DNA of 64,000 bases, taken from contig NIVC01001713.1 in the NCBI GenBank assembly GCA_002269645.1, positions 62,001-126,000 of the forward strand, written 5' to 3'. The notes under the pieces were generated by a model that was given only the letters and a program-made list of their open reading frames with translations, did no database searches and was not told the origin of the DNA. Shown in pieces: positions 22,984 to 34,349 of this stretch. How positions within the stretch are numbered: position 1 is the stretch's first letter; each line of letters opens with the position of its first letter. The position numbers and the translations under genes are program-made. Source of the stretch: Macrostomum lignano. Its lineage: Eukaryota.

Positions 22984-25264
22984 GCCAGTCAGCAAAGCCT
23001 TGAAAATGGCGGCAGCGGCAGCGGCAGCAGCAGCCGAGCCAGCAGCGGCGCAGGCGGCAGGCTCCGCGCCAGCTCCAGGCCTCCCATGCTGCCGGTGCCT
23101 CCGGCCCTGTCACAGCAGCCGCTGCCTGTGCCCCTGGCTAATGACCAGCCGCTGAGCGACCTCACCACTATCCGACACAATGGCGCCGATATCGAGCTAA
23201 AGGCGACAGAATTGCAGACTGTGCGAGTGTTGGGCAAAGGTCGATTCGGTGTGGTCGATCAGGTAGGTCTGTTGAAACATCTTCAGCTGGTTCAACTCTT
23301 TTGAACTATTTCGACCCCTTCTAAAATCCCTCTGATGGTAGCCGGAGTCCCATTTTGAATCCCTCTATAATCCCTCTACAATTGTCGTTTCAGTCCAATC
23401 TTAATTCCCTTTACAGTGGCCGTTTCAGTCCAATCTTAATTCCCTCTGCAGTGGCCGTTTCAGTCTAATCTTAATTCCCTCTACAATGACCGCTCCAGCC
23501 CAATCTTAATTCCCTTTAAAAAATGACCGTTTCAGTCCAATTTTAATTGACTCTACAGTGGCTGTTTCAGTCCAATCTTAATTGACTCTACAATCCCTCT
23601 ACAATGGTCGTTTCAGTCCAATCTTAATTCCCTTTACAGTTTCAGTCCAATCTTAATTCCCTTTACAATGGTCATTTCAGTTTACAGTCAAGTCCCTCTG
23701 GAGTCCCATTTGGAGTCCCTCTAATTCATGTCACCGATTCTTAGGACCAGAAATGCAAAAGCAAAGTCTCCAAGAGTCAAAGCAATTAACAACAAATCCA
23801 GGTGCGGCACCCGGGAACGAAATGCCACTTTGCGCTGAAGTATCTCCGACGGTCCAGCGACGCCCGCGAGCACGAGCTGCAGCTTCGCGAAATCAACGTA
23901 CTCCGCCGGGCCGTTGAGTGCCCGTTCGCCGTGTACTTTTATGGAGCCATGTTTCACGAGGGCGATATTCTGATTCTGATGGAGCTGATGGACGCCTCTC
24001 TCAGGCAGCTGTACCTCACCGCTTACAGTCCGGTAGTTGATCTGCCTTTCTCAGACTCTGTACTGCGCTACGTGGCCTATTCTGTGCTGCGAGCGTTGAG
24101 TTACATGCGGAGTATCGATGTGATGCACAGGTTTGTCTGCTCTTGTTCCAGTTGTTTAGTCCTGATGCTTAGAGTGAAGATTGTTTGTCCTTTGCATTTA
24201 CTGTAGTCGGATTTTGATTTTTGAAGCATAATTCACATTGAGATTTTGAAAGATTTATATGAAAATTGGGTGAGATTTTGAAAGATTCACGTTAATTAGG
24301 GTGGGATTTTGAAATATTTATATTAAACTTGGGTGAGATTTTGAAAGATTCACATTAAGTAGGGTGAGATTTTGAAAGATTTAAAATAAAATAAGTTGAG
24401 ATTTGAAGGATCTACAATAAACTAGGGTGAGATTTTAAAAGAAAACCAATAAAATAGGGTGAGATTTTGAAAAATCAACAATAAAATAGGGTGAGATTTA
24501 GAGGATCTACAATAAAAAGGTGAGAGTTTGAAAGATTTGCAATCAAATAGGTCAAGATTTTGAAATTTTCGTAATCATCACAGGGAGATTTTGCTGACCC
24601 GAGAATGTTCATCCCATTATCCTTATTCTCTTCCCCGCCGTCGCAATCGCGCAGAGACGTGAAGCCCAGCAACATGCTGGCCAGCCGGTCAGGCCAGGTG
24701 AAAATGTGCGACTTCGGCATCGCCGGCTTCCTCGACAACAGCATCGCCAAGTCGAACGTCGGCTGCGAGTTGTACCTGGCGCCCGAACGGATCCTGCCGC
24801 CAGCCCAGCAGAAGGAAACGCAGTCCTCCAGAGCCGAAGGCGGCGACGGCCTCGACGCCTCCTCGCTGCACCGACCCGAAGGCTTCACCTCGGCGGCCGA
24901 CGTCTGGTCTCTGGGCGTCAGCCTGGTCGAGCTGGCCACCGGCAGCTACCCCTACGGCCCCGTCACCGGCCCGTTCGAGCTCAACCGCCGTATAGTTGAC
25001 GACCCGCCGCCAGCCCTGCCGGCTGAGTCTGTCGCCAGGTTCGACGCCCAGCTGCCCGGCTTCCTGTCGCGCTGTCTGGAGAAGAATCACGAGCAGCGAT
25101 GTCGGTTCGACTGGCTGCTCAGCCATGCCTATCTGGCTGGCATCGACTCAGATCCGGCTAGAGAGGCCGGCCTGCGAAATGAGACTGCCGGATTTGTCTG
25201 CGACGTGCTGGACAGCGCCAGCGGCGACTCCGATGCCAAACGGCTGCATCCGTCTGAGGTTTGA
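22984..25264 (+). CDS. MAP2K6: Dual-specificity MAP kinase kinase, MKK3/MKK6 (p38 activator)-like; 5' end uncertain
   Basis: Exons 22984-23262, 23802-24130, 24655-25264 with consistent phases. First in-frame ATG at 23086. Motifs GKGRFGVV, FALK, CPFAVYFYGAMFHEGDILILMELMD, HRDVKPSN, GQVKMCDFGI, SIAKS, YLAPE, DVWSLG. Confidence 0.85.
23360..23680. repeat. 35-bp intronic minisatellite (MAP2K intron 1)
   Basis: Unit ttcagtccaatcttaattccctttacagtggccgt with variants. Confidence 0.9.
24235..24570. repeat. Degenerate intronic repeat (MAP2K intron 2)
   Basis: Recurrent gggtgagattttgaaagatt. Confidence 0.85.
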
Positions 25265-26225
25265 GCTCGAAGCGCATTTAATTGTTGTTTGCGTAGACGA
25301 GCAGTTCTACTAACAAGTGGCGCAAGGGGATTTTTTCAAAATATGAGGTTTCGCTTGTCTGTATGCTGCTAATAAACTACAATTGCTCATAATTCTGGAT
25401 CAGTTGCACTTTATATGATTCTTTTTGCAAGGTTGTTACAAAATTAAACCAAGGACTTCTAGACTAGCAGGACGTGAGACTCAAAGATCGTGCAATTTTT
25501 TAGAGGCCACGATTTCCTGGAAAAAATACACTGCGGAGATAGGAAAAAATCAGTTTTTTGTCACAAAAGCAGTGATTGTATTTGATCTGGGGCAGTGAAG
25601 ACTACCATTCTTTTAATTTAACATGCACAACATGTTACTCTATTATATTTTCATATAGCTGTGTATTGAAGTTTTCATTTTCATGTTGTTTTTACTTCAT
25701 TTCATAAGCCCAAAGTTGCAAATACTCACAAGTGGCATTAGCCAAACTTTTTGTGCTGTTCCTTTTTTGAATCAAGTATATTTGTAATAAAAACTGTGCA
25801 TGTAGGTACTCTTAATCTTTTATTGTACAGTTAGTAACTATACTAGGCCTACTAGTATTAGTTATACCTGTCTACTATTACTACTAGGTATAATGTCTAA
25901 GAGTTATGAGTCTAAGACCTATCAAAGATTCTTGAAAATTAGGCTTTATATATGGAATCACACATCCGTTTATTGGTAAAATAGGCCCTAACTAAAATGA
26001 CTGAATATAAGGCATGTTTGTCTTATTCATTTTCTTGCCTAATGAATAATGATATTTGATCTATGGATTCCAAAATCTTCTTAATAAGTGGGGTATACTT
26101 ACATTTACAATTTATAGGCCTAATTTATTTCAGTTTTTAATTTTTTTAAACATGATTCTAGCTAAAGAGAAGAAAGAAGAGAGAGAAATAAAAATGGTAA
26201 TATCTATCTGTCTAAATCATTAATA

Positions 26226-27571
26226 CGAGGTGTATTCAAAAAGTTCTTTTCGGTCCTTTGGCATTTATTTTTAAAAAGCCTTGTAAACAGAATTTTAGCG
26301 ATTTCACCAAGTTATGTCTATGGCCTAAACGTTCCTAGGGTTTTAAGCCTCAGTTTGCAACTATGTTAGAGCAGCGAACATTTCTATCAGCTACCACTCA
26401 ATTTCTTGGCCATGGCTGAATCATTTTCAAAGCAAGACGTTCGAAGCTTGATGAAGTTTCAGTTTCTGCAAGGAAAAAAGCCACCGGATATGTTTAGGGA
26501 GCTTCAGCAAGTGCTTGGCAAATGTGCACCAACTGAGCAGACAGTTCGAAAATGGTACCGGCTGTTCGCTGAGGGAAGAGAGAGCGTTGAGGACAATGAT
26601 CGCTCTGGAAGGCCGATGACTGCAACCAACGAGACTGTTGTGAAGAAAGTGCAAGAGCTCCTGGATGATGATCGGCGACGGACTTGCGAAGAGTTGGCAG
26701 AAGACGTTGGTGTGTCAGTAGGAAGCGTCCACACCATTCTGACGGAGCGTCTTCACCTGCAGAAAAAGTTTTGCAAGTGGGTGCCACACCTGCTGACAGG
26801 TGAGCAAAAGATGCAGCGAACTGTGGCTTCAAGCAGCCACCTGCGTCGGTTCCATCGAGAAGGGGAGGATTTTCTATCAAGAATTGTAGCTGGAGACGAG
26901 ACGTGGGTTTACAGCTGGGATCCTGAGACAAAGGCCCAGTCTGCCGAATGGCTTCCAGCACATTCTCCAAGACCTCAGAAGGCCATCAGGAAGCAGGGCG
27001 CGATGAAGATCATGCACGTCATGTTTTTTGATTCCCAAGGAATCCTGCTGAACTGGGCAGTCCCACAAGGAACCACCGTCAATGGGGACTACTACAAGTG
27101 GATTCTGCAGGAGAAGCTGCGCCCAGCAATACGAAAGAAGCGCCCTGATCTGCTGGAATCTGGCGTGATCCTGCTGCACGACAATGCGCCAGCACATCGC
27201 AAGCACAACGTCGTGGAACTCCTGAGCAAATGGGGATGGGAAGTGCTCCAACATCCAGCCTATTCGCCTGATTTGTCGCCGTGCGACTTCTTCTTATTTC
27301 CATCTGTGAAGAAGCACCTTCGGGGCATTCGATTCGACAGCGTCGAGCACATCGAGGCTGCATGCAATCAAGCTGTTCGCCAAACGGACGCGAGTGGTGT
27401 GAGTTCCGGAATCAGAGGCCTGGTAAATCGCTGGCAGAAGTGCAAAGACATTGGCGGTGAATATGTTGAGTGACCGAATCATGTTAAGCAATCTAACAGT
27501 GTTTTCATAGTTCCAGTTGTTTTGTGTTCAGTTTTGTAGGGCACCGAAAAGAACTTTTTGAATACACCTCG
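26226..27571 (+). mobile_element. Full-length mariner (Tc1/mariner, DD34D) transposon
   Basis: 29-bp perfect TIR cgaggtgtattcaaaaagttcttttcggt. TA TSD (26224-26225 / 27572-27573). Length 1346 bp. Confidence 0.97.
26412..27473 (+). CDS. Mariner transposase, intact (353 aa)
   Basis: ATG at 26412. HTH region, WVPHLL, AGDETW, HDNAPAH, YSPDLSPCD. I count 34 residues between the second and third catalytic Asp. Confidence 0.95.
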   Translation: MAESFSKQDVRSLMKFQFLQGKKPPDMFRELQQVLGKCAPTEQTVRKWYRLFAEGRESVEDNDRSGRPMTATNETVVKKVQELLDDDRRRTCEELAEDVGVSVGSVHTILTERLHLQKKFCKWVPHLLTGEQKMQRTVASSSHLRRFHREGEDFLSRIVAGDETWVYSWDPETKAQSAEWLPAHSPRPQKAIRKQGAMKIMHVMFFDSQGILLNWAVPQGTTVNGDYYKWILQEKLRPAIRKKRPDLLESGVILLHDNAPAHRKHNVVELLSKWGWEVLQHPAYSPDLSPCDFFLFPSVKKHLRGIRFDSVEHIEAACNQAVRQTDASGVSSGIRGLVNRWQKCKDIGGEYVE

Positions 27572-28317
27572 TATAATAATAATATGCAATTATGATTTTT
27601 ATAAATGAAGGACTTTTATTGACCTTATAGTTTAACTTATTAAATCTATACCTCCTATAGTAAATAAAAACTAATTGAGCTATTAACTATAATAGTAACT
27701 CTTATATCATATTATATATTATTGGAATATAATATCTAGGAATTAAATAGTTACTAGGCCTAATATATGCATTGAAATGGAACTATATCTACAATAAAAG
27801 ATTAAGAGTACCTACATGCACAGTTTTTATTACAAATATACTTGATTCAAAAAAGGAACAGCACAAAAAGTTTGGCTAATGCCACTTGTGAGTATTTGCA
27901 ACTTTGGGCTTATGAAATGAAGTAAAAACAACATGAAAATGAAAACTTCAATACACAGCTATATGAAAATATAATAGAGTAACATGTTGTGCATGTTAAA
28001 TTAAAAGAATGGTAGTCTTCACTGCCCCAGATCAAATACAATCACTGCTTTTGTGACAAAAAACTGATTTTTTCCTATCTCCGCAGTGTATTTTTTCCAG
28101 GAAATCGTGGCCTCTGAAAAATTGCACGATCTTTGAGTTTTACGTCCTGTTAGTCTAGAAGTCCTTGAATTAAACATGTTGATGTGACAGGTTAAAGCCT
28201 TAGCAAGGTAAAAAATACACAAATTAATTGTTTTTTTTCCAATAATCCTAGAAACTTTTATTGTTCCATTTTTCATAGAAATATTGATGCCAAAATGAAA
28301 ATAAAAAAATTACAAAG

Positions 28318-29005
28318 GGGAGAGATGTGACACGGGAGGGAAAAATGAGGCACGGGAAGGAAGAGATAAGACACGGGAAGGGAGAGATGAGACACGGGAA
28401 GGAAGAGATAAGACACGGGAAGGGAGAGATGAGACACGGGAAGGGAGAGATGAGACACGGGAAGGGAGAGATGAGAAACGGGAAGGGAGAGATAAGACAC
28501 GGGAAAGGAGAGATGAGACACGGGAAGGGAGGGGAGAGATAAGACACGGGAAGGGAGAGATGAGACACGGAAAGGGAGAGATGAGACACGGAAAGGGAGA
28601 GATGAGACACGGGAAGGGAGGGGAGAGATAAGACACGGGAAGGGAGAGATGAGACACGGGAAGGAGAAATGAGACACGGAAAGGGAGAGATGAGACACGG
28701 AAAGGGAGAGATGAGACACGGGAAGGGAGGGGAGAGATAAGACACGGGAAGGGAGAGATGAGACACGGGAAGGAGAGATGAGACACGGAAAGGGAGAGAT
28801 AAGACACGGAAAGGGAGAGATAAGACACGGCAGGGAGGGGACAGATGAGACACAGCAGGGAGGGGAGAGATGAGACACAGGAAGGGAGAGATGAGACACG
28901 GGAAGGGAGAGATGAGACACGGCAGGGAGGGGAGAGATGAGACACAGCAGGGAGGGGAGAGATGAGACACAGGAAGGGAGAGATTAGACATGGAAAGGAA
29001 TAGAT
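28318..29005. repeat. Purine-rich 21-25-bp minisatellite
   Basis: Unit gagatgagacacgggaaggga with variants. Confidence 0.93.
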
Positions 29006-29789
29006 GATACACGGGAATAAAAACTGTCTCCTTAGAGACTAAATTTTACCTTTTGTTCATTTTGAATTGAATCCTATTTTGCGTAGTACGAGCTAATTAG
29101 ATAGTTTATATATTTATCCAGGCATTCGATATTGTAAATGTTGATCTCAGAATGCAAATATTTTAATAGTTAACTGCTGATTGTACAAAGAGTCTAGTAA
29201 TGAATTAATTACTTTCAAGGTTGCTAGATCATTTCTTGGAATTTTTGAAGGCTCGAGTATTTCTAGGTAGGGTATTCAGGTCCAAGAGAATAATATTTCT
29301 GCTGGCTATTTTTTGCTGAAAAGGATTTGAGCCTTCAAAAGTAGTAGATCTTGCTTTTTGTCATATTTTAAGTAGATTTTCGCTTATATATTTTCCAGCT
29401 CGCAGTCAATCAGATTCAGGTTCTCATTTTTACCGTGTCACTGTCACAGCCAGATCGAAATTATAATGAATCAGGTTACTGTTGCTCACAATTACCAGCG
29501 CTTTGTGTTGTACATTTTTATTGTAATCTGTGCTAAATTTCTAAATTTCTTACCTGCGCGAATTAAGTTTGTTATTTTTTTCACTTATATACCCTCTTAG
29601 CGTATATTGGTTTAGTTTACCTGTATTTAATATGTAAATTTTTAATAATGTCCGAAATCTTCTGCATTCCAATTTTTTCTGACGGCTAGATAAGTGCCAG
29701 AGAATCACGACTTTGATGAGAAAAATAGGCTTTTTATAACTATTCCCAGTTCCCAGATGTTTCTATCTGTGAACTGACAGATTGCGCAA

Positions 29790-30150
29790 CCCTCCCTGAG
29801 GCTTCATAGCTTCCAATTATCCAACTCTCCCTGAAGCTTCATGGACTCCAATTATCCAACTCTCCCTGAAGCTTCATGGACTCCAATTATCCAACTCTCC
29901 CTGAAGCTTCATGGACTCAATTATCCAACCATCCCTGAAGCTTCATAGATTTAAATTATCCAACCCTCCCTGAAGCTTCATGGACTTCAATTATCCAACC
30001 CTCTTGAAGCTTCATGGACTCCAAATTATCCAACCATCCCTGAAGCTTCATGGACTCCAAATTATCCAACCATCCCTCAAGCTTCATAGATTCCAATTAT
30101 CCAACCACCCTGAAGCCTCATGGACTCCAGATCTCCAACCGCCCTGAAGC
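29790..30150. repeat. 35-bp minisatellite
   Basis: Unit ctccaattatccaactctccctgaagcttcatgga, ~10 copies. Confidence 0.92.
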
Positions 30151-31303
30151 TTAGGACTCCAGTCATCCCCGGCTTCATTGATATTATTCTGGGTAGCCAT
30201 CCGTATGCATAACCTTAGTTTGTCTAAAAACCGTCAGGATTTTGTGTTCAAGTCGCATCGCCGCTAGTTTTGTAGCCTTATGGCTTATGCCATTTCATCC
30301 GAAACTGAGCTCACAGAGCGGCGGTTTTTTGACTTTTTTCTATTTGAAAATACTTTGCCTACTATGAACTACTGTGTAGTAGTAGAAAATAAGGCATTTT
30401 TAGTATAGTAGATCCACGTAACCAATATGTTTAGTAACGAATGCCTGGCATGACATGCAATTATTCCCCGGTTGTTATTAGACTGCAATCAGTATAAACA
30501 AATTAATTAAATAAATATGATTATAGTTCATAGTTGACTAACAAACACTGAGAATGCCGGCTAGTACAATCGAAATAGCAAATTTGCTGCAGAGTTTTCT
30601 GGCATTTTTTAACTGGATGAAATCCGTCTTTTTCGACTCTTATTCACTTATTATCGCAGTCTATGGCTCAGGCTGGGGATTGGAGTACAACTTTTTGTAC
30701 TGCTTTTTGTAGCCCATTTGTTATGTTTAAATTAAAAGATAAAATATATGTTTTTCAAGTATGGAGATTTTGTCTATGGTTGCAAAGATGGCGCAGCAGC
30801 GTTTAATTTGGTCCAACAAATATCAATTTGGTCCAGTGGCTCTAGTCTATAGTTTCATTCCAGGATTTTAACTTAGACATGACTGTCACAAGCAGTGAGG
30901 ATGAAAGCAATACTTAATTTGCAAATTGCAACTGCTGCGGAGAAGCAAGATCAACCCCAGAATCGTAGACCCTATGCTAGGCTGTTTAACGAACGCCATT
31001 CGCAAGGCTTGTGATCGAAGTACTCTACGGAGGTGAACACCCAAAGGACATTGCAAGGTTGCAAGGCGCCGGTATTCCAGCGGTACGCAACAGCCCGCGG
31101 ACTGTTGCGAGAAAGCAAGTTTGTCGAATGGCTCGATCAGTCAATCACGGATATTTAAGCCATAGACAGAGCTGCATAACTTCGGCAAACGTATCTTGCA
31201 TTAAAATCAATGCACGCAAGCCCAACTAGGCTGTAAAAAGCTCTACTATTTTGCGCAGATCATGTGCAAGTTGTTGAGAAATGGCTCGATCGGGTACCTC
31301 TCA

Positions 31304-31589
31304 TTTCGCCGAAATTAATTTCATAACCATCTGGACATTAGACCATAGACAACTACACTAATTTCAATTTCAAGCCACCAGAAACGATTTCAATCGGCAT
31401 TTTTGTATTTCACAACATCCTACCATATATATATACCACTAGCTAGACTTTTTACCATGGACTATGCAGTAGGAAGAATTCTTAATTTTAACTTTATTTT
31501 TCAAGCCATAGACATCTAAATCACATTTGCATTAGTGTAGTTGTCTATGGTCTAATGTCCAGATGGTTATGAAATTAATTTCGGCGAAA
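31304..31589. repeat. Small inverted-repeat module (59-bp perfect arms)
   Basis: tttcgccgaaattaatttcataaccatctggacattagaccatagacaactacactaat (31304-31362) and its reverse complement (31531-31589). Confidence 0.85.
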
Positions 31590-32280
31590 AGAGAATCGAC
31601 AAAGCCATAGACAAAAGCTGCATTACTTTGGCAAACGTATCTTATCTTATTTTGCTGAACCATAGACAATCTGTGTTCATGATTGAGCATGTCTATGGCC
31701 AAAACCTGTAAAGATTCTTACCGCTAACGAGTGCTTTTTGCCATAGACACACGAGTGAGCGTTTACGAATGTCAATTTGATTCTATTTAATTATATGACG
31801 TTCAACCATAGACACAAGTTTAAAAAATGGTTAATGCGCGTAATTGCTACCTATAATGTCCATATTGATAAATCTGAGGGCTAAAACCCACTTATGCAAG
31901 ATAAACTAAAAAAGACTGGTACAGAAAGACCAACTAGAAGATTTTCAATTTTCTTTACAGCAAATTATCAGCCCAGACTTTATTATTATTAGCTAAGTTG
32001 ATATCGTCGTACAGCGTAATGCACACTGCATTAATTATTCAAATTCATACCGATATAGTTAATAATAATGGCACAGGCTAGAGCGATATAGGTAACCCTC
32101 AATACAGTAGTATATAAGGATTCGTCTGTCGCACAGCAAATGCAGATCGCTACTTAAACGCAAAATAATTTATGCACTACTCACAGTAGACGAAAAATAA
32201 CTATAGCAAAATTTTCCAAGGTTCTACAAAAGGGCAAACAAATTAAAATTGTCCATCCGCTAGCTGGCGATAAACTAAAC

Positions 32281-34349
32281 TCAGCCAGCCGCCGTGATTC
32301 GAACTTCGCTAGCTCCATCGCTGCCCGAATCCTCCTGTCGGTCGGCCGCCGGGGCCGAAGGGTCCGGACCGATCTTCTGGTACAGTTGCACCAATAGCCG
32401 CTTTATCTCGGAGCGCTTGTTGTCAATCTCTTCGTGTTGGAACCAGTCTCGCATCTGGTTCTCAAAATAGTGCATAGTGAACTGTTGGATAGGCTTGCGG
32501 AATAGCATCTCTGCGTAGTGCAGCATGTACGGCCCGCAGTCCACCGCGTTCGGCTGCTGCGGCACCACCGGACTGTAGCCGCGGATCGAGTCCTTGTTGA
32601 ACTGCCGCTTGCCGTCCCGGGCGGCGCGCTTCATGTCCCACTCGACCTGCAGGTAGCTGCGGGATAGGGCGGGGGTCTGGCTGTTGGATGGGATCTGGCT
32701 AGGGGATATGGGATCTGGCTAGGGGATGTGGGATATGGGATCTGGCTAGGGAATGTGGGATATGGAATCTGGCTAGGGGATGTGGGATATGGAATCTGGC
32801 TAGGGGATGTGGGATATGGGATCTGGCTAGGGGATGTGGGATATGGGATCTGGCGAGGGGATATGGGATCTGGCTAGGGGATGCGGGATATGGGATCTGG
32901 CTAAGGGATGCGGGATATAGGATCTGGCTAGATACAGGACAGATACAGGAGGAATGAGATTGGATCTGGCAGGTACAGGGATGCGCAGAGAACTCACTCT
33001 CGCAGCGCAGTTACATTAGGCGTCCTTGCCGCAGTGCCGGACAGACTGTCGAATACCAAGATGCATGGCAGTCGGAGGGTGCCGTCCTCGGCTCGAGTCC
33101 CAACTAGTTCGGCGGCCGCCTCCTGCGCCGCGGCCCTGTCATCGACGTTTTGATTGCGCCGCCTGCCGAGCCGAGGGCTGAGCATGGTTGAGTAGTCCAC
33201 AGTGCCGACCAGCTCTGAGCGGGAAGAAAATGGAGTTGGACACCTGATTTCTTGGAAAAAATCTTTCCGAGATAGGTTTTATTTTTTTAAAGTAGCGAAT
33301 AGCTTTAATTAAATTAAGGAGCTTCTGGACCTTCAACAGGTGGCACCAGGTAACTACGAGCACCATGATGCGACTATATCCGTAAAATTAACGATAGTTC
33401 AAAATCAAGCAAAAATCTAACCAGGAAAGCAGATAACCGCGAGGAACCAGTGACAGCTCTCGTTAATTGGCACCAGGATGAAATCTTTGTCAAACAGGTC
33501 GACCCGCCGAGTCCATTTGGCTACTGAGGCGTGTCGCCGAACAGCCAGAGGCTGGCCGGTCATGAAGCCGGGCTCCACCCGCCTAGTCAGGCGCTTATAA
33601 AAGAAACAATTGAAGACGTGGGTCCTACTGCGCTGCTCCGGCGTCAATAGGCAGTGCTGCATGTACTTTAGATAGAAATCAACAATGACATCGTTGAAGT
33701 ATTCGCCAGGCCGTAGGCAGGCGGCGTCCTCGTCAGTGACGGTGATACCGTCGGCTGCTTCCCGCGGCCTGTAGGTGAACTTGCCGATGAGCGACCGGCC
33801 GGCTCTGCCACCGCCAGCGGCCGGCTCCTGCGGCTGGCATTGGCGACTCTGGCGTCGACTACGCCGCCGACAAGCCGACTGTTTTGGTTTCTGTTTACCG
33901 GCGACGCCGCCTTCAACAATAACAACATCGTCGGCGTCGCTATCATCGGCAACTTCCAGAGCCGGCACCCGGTGGCCTTGCAGGTAGACTCGTTGGACAA
34001 TGGACAGAGATGCCGAGTCTTGGGTGGCGTCGGAACTGTCCGCCAGTCTAGGCCGTTTTGTGCTCGGCTCTGAGCAACTGCTCGGGCCAGCCGCCTCGTC
34101 CAATCTCTGCTGCCGCTCTGCCTGGCGGCGCGGGCTGAACGCCGAGCGCAGTCCGTCGAATGCGGCAACAAACAGCGACTTGGACTCGGAGGTTCGGCTG
34201 CGAGTTGAAAACGACGGCATCGCCGATTGGTGGACACGCATGACGGCGCCGGCGCTGCTGCTGTTAGGTGATGATGCCTGAGACTGCTGCTCCTGTCCTT
34301 GCTGCTCCGGCGTCTGTGCTGAGCCTGACCAACTGAATATGCGGCTAAA
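32281..34349 (-). CDS. SENP6/7: SUMO-specific protease, SENP6/7 type (C48 peptidase); 5' end uncertain
   Basis: Minus-strand exons 34349-33422, 33214-32998, 32656-32281 with consistent phases. First in-frame ATG at 34241 (~470 aa). Motifs GITVTDEDAACLRPGEYFNDVIVDFYLKY, THVFNCFFYKRL, VAKWTRRVDLFDKDFILVPINESCHWFLAVIC (His), PCILVFDSL (Asp), LRDYLQVEW, PQQPNAVDCG (Gln, Cys). Confidence 0.9.
32685..32930. repeat. G-rich ~27-bp intronic minisatellite (last SENP intron)
   Basis: Unit gggatatgggatctggctaggggatgt. Confidence 0.9.

Larger units (their letters stand above)
25450..28167. mobile_element. Non-autonomous long-TIR DNA element (378-bp TIRs, 8-bp TSD; P or hAT superfamily) containing a mariner insertion
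   Basis: TIRs 25450-25827 and 27790-28167 are near-identical, with ends caaggac / gtccttg. Perfect TSD aattaaac (25442-25449 / 28168-28175). Confidence 0.9.

Noticed and set aside
26406-26411. TTG start given for the mariner ORF
   Set aside because: Eukaryotic gene; the in-frame ATG is two codons downstream at 26412. The same applies to other GTG/TTG starts in the ORF track.
28248-29012. 215-254 aa ORFs of SHLSLPV / PCLISPF repeats (likewise 50305-50693, 51030-51772, 52074-52739, 54036-56379, 58900-59501)
   Set aside because: Tandem-repeat or low-complexity translations in introns or intergenic DNA.
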